From positions 20,641 through 84,640 of IMG/VR virus record IMGVR_UViG_3300020450_001021: a stretch of DNA of 64,000 bases, one strand, 5' to 3'. Shown one piece after another: positions 59,401 to 64,000 of this stretch (positions within the stretch are counted from its first letter, which is position 1; the number at the start of each line of letters is the position of its first letter). Source of the DNA: a virus. A program made the translations under genes and the position numbers. Under the pieces are notes generated by a model, which searched no databases, was not told the DNA's origin, and worked only from the letters and a program-made list of their open reading frames with translations.

Positions 59401-62400
59401 ATGTTGCTGTAGCGTCTACACCACCTCCACCTACAAATTCAACTAAAGGAGTATTTGTTCCTAATCCTGTACCACCATCAATCATATGAACAGCAGTAAC
59501 TGCCCCACCATTTACTATTGCAACTGCCTTAATATTATTAAGGAATTGTGGATTTTGTGGATCTGTCCAGTTATCTTTAAATGTAACTGTAGGAGGTGTT
59601 GTATATCCAGTACCACCTGCAGTAACATTAACTTTACTTACAGTACCATTTGCAATATTAAATGATCCTTTAAGACCTGATGCTGATGCACCACCACCTA
59701 ACATTAAAACATCAGTGTATGTTCCTGTATTATATCCTTCACCACCATCAACAATTTGAATTTGTTTGATGTAATCACTTGCAGTGTTGTTTGAACCTAA
59801 TTGAATTGGTGAATCTTCTGCAATTCTTTGTGATGCCATTGCAGGAGCAAATAATGAGTCACCTCTTAAATAAGTTAGTGAGTTTGCAGGATATGCAGAC
59901 GATACATTACCGAGACGTGCAACGTTAATAACACCTGTTGTAATAAATGAAGCATCAATTGTAGATGATGTTAACTGAACCCAGTTATTAGGATTAGAAG
60001 CAGAAGTGTTAATAACATCTGTTAACTGAATTGTTATTGCAGTTGGAGTTGTTTTATCATCAATAGTGTCAGTAGCAAGTGCCTTTATTGAGTTTAATAT
60101 ATCAACTTCTAATCTAGATCTGACAACTGAAGTAAGAACAGCATTAGAACCTGTTGAGGTATTAATTGTAATTGTGCTACCAGCAGTTGATGGTGCAGTG
60201 AAATATCCTGATCCATTATTGTTTAGAGTTACACCAGTAATCTGCCCACCATTAACAGTAATAGTACCAGTCGCTTGTGTACCACCACCGCCAGGTGCTG
60301 AAATTGTAATTGTATCTCCAGTTAAATATCCTGTACCACCATTGTTAACAATAATTTGTTTTACACGACCAGTAGTAAATGATGTTACTTGACCTTGTGA
60401 TCCAGTACCTGTAGAAAGTACAATATCACTAGTAGAAAATACGTGGTTTGATGCAGGAACAAATTCAAGAATCTGACTTTCTAAGTCATTGTTCATAATG
60501 TAAGAAATTGTATTGTCATTCTGAATAACAATATCACCAGCAAGAGGACCTTCAAGTGCATATCTTGCTGCAGCATCTGCAACCGTAAAGATATTAAATG
60601 GTCTTAATGCAGGTAACTGGTCAATATTAATACGACCAGAAGCATCTAACTGAACAAGAGCATTAGGTGTTGGAACAGTAGAATATGTACGTCCTAAGTA
60701 TTGACCTAACTGGTTAGAGATATAATCTTTAACTGCTTTCTGTGTTGGTAGTAATGAATCTTGAGCACCTGATCCACCTAATTCTAGAGCACCTAAAGTA
60801 TTATCTGGAGAGAATCCTGTGATAACAACGTTGTTACCTTTAATCTTCAAGAATTCAACTTCAGAAATTGTAACAGTACCACCAAATGTGATATTACCAG
60901 TTCTGTTTTCTACCTTAGCAAAGTATCCAATCTTAAAGTCACCAAGTTCGTCAGTACCTGAGGAGTAAACACGACCATTTAGTTGTGATACCTGTTCAAA
61001 ATCTCCAGTATCATCTGAACCTCTAGTACCACCATTTTGAGGTAGTGCATTATAATTATTACCAGATCCAGAAAATTCCCATGTATGAGATGAGGAGTTA
61101 CAAATAGATGGTCTAATTATATCAATTTTATGATCAATTAATTTATTTTTATTTGTTGCATTAATAGTAAAGAATCCATCATCCCTAACTGTCGTTGAAG
61201 GCATAGGAGATGTTACAGATGGATTATCAATTATCTCATCAAATAAAGTATTTAAAGTTGTTAATGCATTTTGAACATTAGTACAATCACCATTAGTATA
61301 TTCAGTTCCAGTACTGACATCATGTGTAATGGTATTGTCTACATATGGAATTTCATCTGTCCATTGTGCTACGTAATAATTAGCATTTGATTCAGCAGTA
61401 GTTAGTGTAGTTCCTTTTAGTTTAAGTTGATTATTTACTGCTTTCTTTGATATTACTAACGCTTCGTCAAGAACTTCTTTAGTTGCTGCAACATATCCAA
61501 CAATATGTTGAATAGAAGTTCCACTTACATATAATTTAGCAGCATCCCAAGTAGAATCATTAGAATCATATTTAAGGTCTTGTGCCCATGCTTTAACTAT
61601 TTCCTCTGTATCACGAATACATTTATTTCTATCTTGATCTAAAGGATTAGATGTAGTTTGTAATGTTTTGAAGTATGCTTCTTCTGCAATATACCTAGCA
61701 TTATTTGTAAGTAAATCACATGCATCTGTATAGCGGTTGAAGTTACCCCTAACATTCATAGGTAGGTCTGCTTGTATTTCAGCAGTAATTGGTTTAGTAG
61801 GTGTTGCTGATATAGTATTCTCAATAAAGTATCTGGGGTTTTGACCAGATTGTAATTGTAATTCAAATCCACCAGGACTAATAATATAATGTTCTAGAGG
61901 TGCAGCACCAAGACCTGTAACATTAAACTTAGGAGTTCCTATATCAGTAAATGTTACATTTTCAATAATACCTTTATCAAAGTCATATGCCTCATCTCTT
62001 ACACCTGTTGATCTTAATGCAAAAGTACCAAAGTTAGATGCTGAGTTAGTTAATGATGCATAACCACCACTTTCTACAATAGCACCATCTTGTGTAAAGA
62101 TACAGAATACAGACACCAACTGTGTATAACCATCATTGATAACTCTATATCCAGTACCACCAAATGAGATAATCGTGAATGCAGCAGCAACCATCGACTT
62201 ACCTTGTGGAGGTAAATTAGGACGTTTTACGTTTGGTGAAGCACACTTAGCACCATCAATTTCACAACCATTACCACCAAGGAATGAAATTACAGAAGCA
62301 TTAAAGATATAAGGTGATACTTCAATAATAGGTAGATCATCAAATGCATGACCTACAGTAAAGAATTTATTATTACTATCAAGGAAATATGATGATGCAT

Positions 62401-64000
62401 AAGATGTGTCAGGAATTGTTCTTCCATTAATCCTATCAATAACAATATTCCATAAAGTAAATATTGAGTTACTTACATTATCACATGCTCTACTTCTATT
62501 AGCATCATATGTATTTGAAATTGTATTATCATTGAATACATCTATAGTTGTGCTAAATTGTGATAGACCATTTGGATCTGTAAATTCACTACCTGTTCCA
62601 GTAATTATATAACTATTATTACCTCCAAATAGACCAACTGTATCACTAAATGCAATACCTTCTAATCTATCATTAGAACCATAACCAAATTCAACATTCC
62701 ATGTCCTTCCTTTATCTTGAGATGATAATATTGTGTTGTTTGCAGTTCCACTACCTGATTGGAATCTCAAATCCATCCAGAATCTATTTCCATCATGAAC
62801 TAATCTAAATGGTATCCTATTTTGGTTTGCAGAACCTGGTGTGCTCTCGCCATATTCCCATTGTGCATGACCAGCTGACTCTGTTAGAGTAGCGTGACTC
62901 ATATTATCATTCGTTATTGCTGTAGTAACAATAGTGTTTAAGGTTACTATTGAGTTAATAACATCAGTACATGCTGTGGTTGGACTTTCAGGACCATTCT
63001 TAATAATACCGTTTACATCACCTGATAAGAATGTATGAACATAATTACCACCTGCTATCAATGAATCAGCTTGTGCACTAACAAAAGTATGAGCATAAGA
63101 ACTCGTGCTTATACCAACAAATAGTTTGACTTGTGTAGTGTTGGTATCAACTACAGGAATACTTGTATCAAATGCTCTGTCTCTCTTCTTACTTACTCCA
63201 CCACCAGGCGAAGATACGAATGTATGAATATAACTACCACCTGATAGAACTTGTGCTCTGTTAACAGAGTTATTTGTTGCACCAACAAATGTATGAGTGT
63301 ATCCACCACCACTTATTACAGCACCTGATGTTGCACTATCAAATCTATGCTCAGATGTGTCAGATGAAGTACCAACATTAATTGTGATAGAAGTTTTTGT
63401 TGTATCTGTAATAGTAACTGGAACATCATATGCAGCGTCAGGAGTACCTGCATTTGCTCCTGTTCCACTTGCACGAGGATATGACTTAGCAGTATTAAAG
63501 TTATCTAAACCACACTTAAATGATATTGAATTAGCAGCTAACTTAATATTTGTACCAACTTTAAGATCATGCTTACCAATCTCTAGTGTCATTACACCAG
63601 TAGATGGTGTATATTCACCAGCAGTAGGAGTGAATGTTACAAGTGGAGAAGTACCAACATCAAGATCAAATGTAAATGTAGTTACGTTCTCTAGTTGTAC
63701 ATACTTACCAGCAATCGGATCACTAGAACGTGGATACTGCTTAGTTGCAGTATTGTTGTCCATTGTACAAGTGAATGATAATGCATTTTCATCAAGTTTT
63801 ACATAATCATCAGTTGTTAATTGGTGTGCACTAGCAAATGTTAAAGTTAATTTACCAGTAGCAGGATCATATGCAGCATCGCTAGGAGTTAAACCAGTAG
63901 CAGCTTGGAATGTATGAGGATAATCACCACCTGATATAACAGCAGCAGTAGAAGTTCCACCTGACCATGTATGAACATAATTACCACCTGTTACAACAGC
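56408..64000 (-). CDS. giant tail fibre/structural protein (5'-truncated by the window, >2500 aa) with C-terminal chaperone-like domain
   Basis: Frame stays open from 63763 to 64000 (checked by hand); GGxYxHTF and GxGY..P.V repeats, GSGLDAD.LD fibre motif twice, terminal KSF.IDHP..L.HGSLEGPE...LPDYW domain. Confidence 0.85.
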   Translation of the reverse strand, partial: AVVTGGNYVHTWSGGTSTAAVISGGDYPHTFQAATGLTPSDAAYDPATGKLTLTFASAHQLTTDDYVKLDENALSFTCTMDNNTATKQYPRSSDPIAGKYVQLENVTTFTFDLDVGTSPLVTFTPTAGEYTPSTGVMTLEIGKHDLKVGTNIKLAANSISFKCGLDNFNTAKSYPRASGTGANAGTPDAAYDVPVTITDTTKTSITINVGTSSDTSEHRFDSATSGAVISGGGYTHTFVGATNNSVNRAQVLSGGSYIHTFVSSPGGGVSKKRDRAFDTSIPVVDTNTTQVKLFVGISTSSYAHTFVSAQADSLIAGGNYVHTFLSGDVNGIIKNGPESPTTACTDVINSIVTLNTIVTTAITNDNMSHATLTESAGHAQWEYGESTPGSANQNRIPFRLVHDGNRFWMDLRFQSGSGTANNTILSSQDKGRTWNVEFGYGSNDRLEGIAFSDTVGLFGGNNSYIITGTGSEFTDPNGLSQFSTTIDVFNDNTISNTYDANRSRACDNVSNSIFTLWNIVIDRINGRTIPDTSYASSYFLDSNNKFFTVGHAFDDLPIIEVSPYIFNASVISFLGGNGCEIDGAKCASPNVKRPNLPPQGKSMVAAAFTIISFGGTGYRVINDGYTQLVSVFCIFTQDGAIVESGGYASLTNSASNFGTFALRSTGVRDEAYDFDKGIIENVTFTDIGTPKFNVTGLGAAPLEHYIISPGGFELQLQSGQNPRYFIENTISATPTKPITAEIQADLPMNVRGNFNRYTDACDLLTNNARYIAEEAYFKTLQTTSNPLDQDRNKCIRDTEEIVKAWAQDLKYDSNDSTWDAAKLYVSGTSIQHIVGYVAATKEVLDEALVISKKAVNNQLKLKGTTLTTAESNANYYVAQWTDEIPYVDNTITHDVSTGTEYTNGDCTNVQNALTTLNTLFDEIIDNPSVTSPMPSTTVRDDGFFTINATNKNKLIDHKIDIIRPSICNSSSHTWEFSGSGNNYNALPQNGGTRGSDDTGDFEQVSQLNGRVYSSGTDELGDFKIGYFAKVENRTGNITFGGTVTISEVEFLKIKGNNVVITGFSPDNTLGALELGGSGAQDSLLPTQKAVKDYISNQLGQYLGRTYSTVPTPNALVQLDASGRINIDQLPALRPFNIFTVADAAARYALEGPLAGDIVIQNDNTISYIMNNDLESQILEFVPASNHVFSTSDIVLSTGTGSQGQVTSFTTGRVKQIIVNNGGTGYLTGDTITISAPGGGGTQATGTITVNGGQITGVTLNNNGSGYFTAPSTAGSTITINTSTGSNAVLTSVVRSRLEVDILNSIKALATDTIDDKTTPTAITIQLTDVINTSASNPNNWVQLTSSTIDASFITTGVINVARLGNVSSAYPANSLTYLRGDSLFAPAMASQRIAEDSPIQLGSNNTASDYIKQIQIVDGGEGYNTGTYTDVLMLGGGASASGLKGSFNIANGTVSKVNVTAGGTGYTTPPTVTFKDNWTDPQNPQFLNNIKAVAIVNGGAVTAVHMIDGGTGLGTNTPLVEFVGGGGVDATATSVTKDGAVRFVTITDGGNNYTADFNITPIPTSIGTSPTVSASLKGILATVPKIFGDSVIDINRVDDLTVAANDFGNLGVIRLRKDQFTFGANGATTLRTGQGSGLDADTLDTRDSSFFTNADNIQSGLLSSDRLSGDYSINITGNAATATLLNSSDTRTSIFNPENFAEGLILSWKSNSQGYNANQFLSDGGLYHSVLTTRRSGSSTDFSGGALGQIAQTDNNNIYIRNSGPNFVASLSITNAGAGYVNGTYNNILLSGGEGYGLKANIVVSGGSLSSITLIDGGYGYNEDGNASGTFIADLPYEHFGTQNTRQITTPAVITATLAILGSGSSTGNVWSTWRKVWHDGNHGKGSGLNADLLCNYGGRWWGNALNVNEGALSDRRIPEQLGEKAFNEKITVTVPDPNFQANNGGHYDLYFEGYNLTQEVIDQIDTQPGVGGRQYNLYTANNVNEGTIRIISRRINLDPANYLTGVQYVENNTEWVANATANRNERIVYGHNIYNVTNTITGSYSLGTTPPTHNTGTVTAPGGNALLTFERKVENPWTILTVELISGNLSDSIKKVGTATAPAEYYDLTDWSISKETTYSRTKATLGVDGSSNPYLQLGNTDVAATAYIDANTSSNNVDFDSRIEFTGGSSSIGTGTINLRANSAQVNGNNIWHAGNITFNSSNVVNTGVIRDASGNFSAGTITAALNGTANGNLPITGGTLTGTLTINTTNDNQISFTQSNKFITFAGGIQFRGSGSSWNARFSTTNGTAEAQIFGVYTQNFGTAVFQVFNDKESEFLLRANSSTALRIRGETGGHSAIQHLHGSTVIGYRLAYVNSAGHYGNGTSPGDIVDRVETGRKWHFKAGSNVSTLVLDDSRRVAVNQSSTNTSYQFYVNGSLGAVSKSFVIDHPTKENHELRHGSLEGPEHAVYVRGRVRNGVIKLPDYWTELVDMSTITVQLTAIGGMSRTVWVKDLRDNKVITGGGDAFYFIQAERKDIDKLEVEYDKGN

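Noticed and set aside
53541-64000. Diversity-generating retroelement or invertible cassette acting on the fibres
   Set aside because: No reverse transcriptase, recombinase or near-identical template/variable repeat pair seen; the repeats are degenerate and at protein level

Overview
AT-rich (by eye roughly one-third GC) 64-kb segment of a T4-like marine cyanomyovirus (Kyanoviridae-like). pebS, psbN-like genes and low GC point to a Prochlorococcus host (inference). Almost all genes are on the - strand. In transcription order (right to left): (1) a 5'-truncated giant tail fibre and a LamG-type protein; (2) a late 8-gene operon with a fibre/propeller protein, a chaperone-like protein, two unknowns, a U32-family Fe-S enzyme fused to a SAM methyltransferase, and three 2OG-Fe(II) oxygenases; (3) the core morphogenesis block g13-g23 and g3; (4) uvsY, uvsW, g55, g47, g46; (5) a HEXXH/VWA + MoxR-type AAA ('cobS') pair and pebS; (6) g45, g44, an accessory patch (HNH, nuclease-like gene, denV-like glycosylase, oxygenase, dam), g62 and regA; (7) a convergent six-gene late cassette of signal-peptide and membrane proteins containing the only credible + strand genes; (8) hsp20, a Pol-beta-type nucleotidyltransferase between Sm-like paralogues, g43, uvsX, g41, mazG, a psbN-like gene and late genes for probable internal head proteins. 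The best candidates for an uncharacterised system are the convergent envelope cassette (11955-15007) and the U32-methyltransferase/oxygenase fibre operon (48071-55636). I also found six micro-ORFs missing from the supplied track, a 20-bp direct repeat flanking the HNH gene, a bidirectional sigma70 promoter at g55 and twin palindrome-hairpin promoters. All family calls come from motif recognition and synteny; no database search was run.
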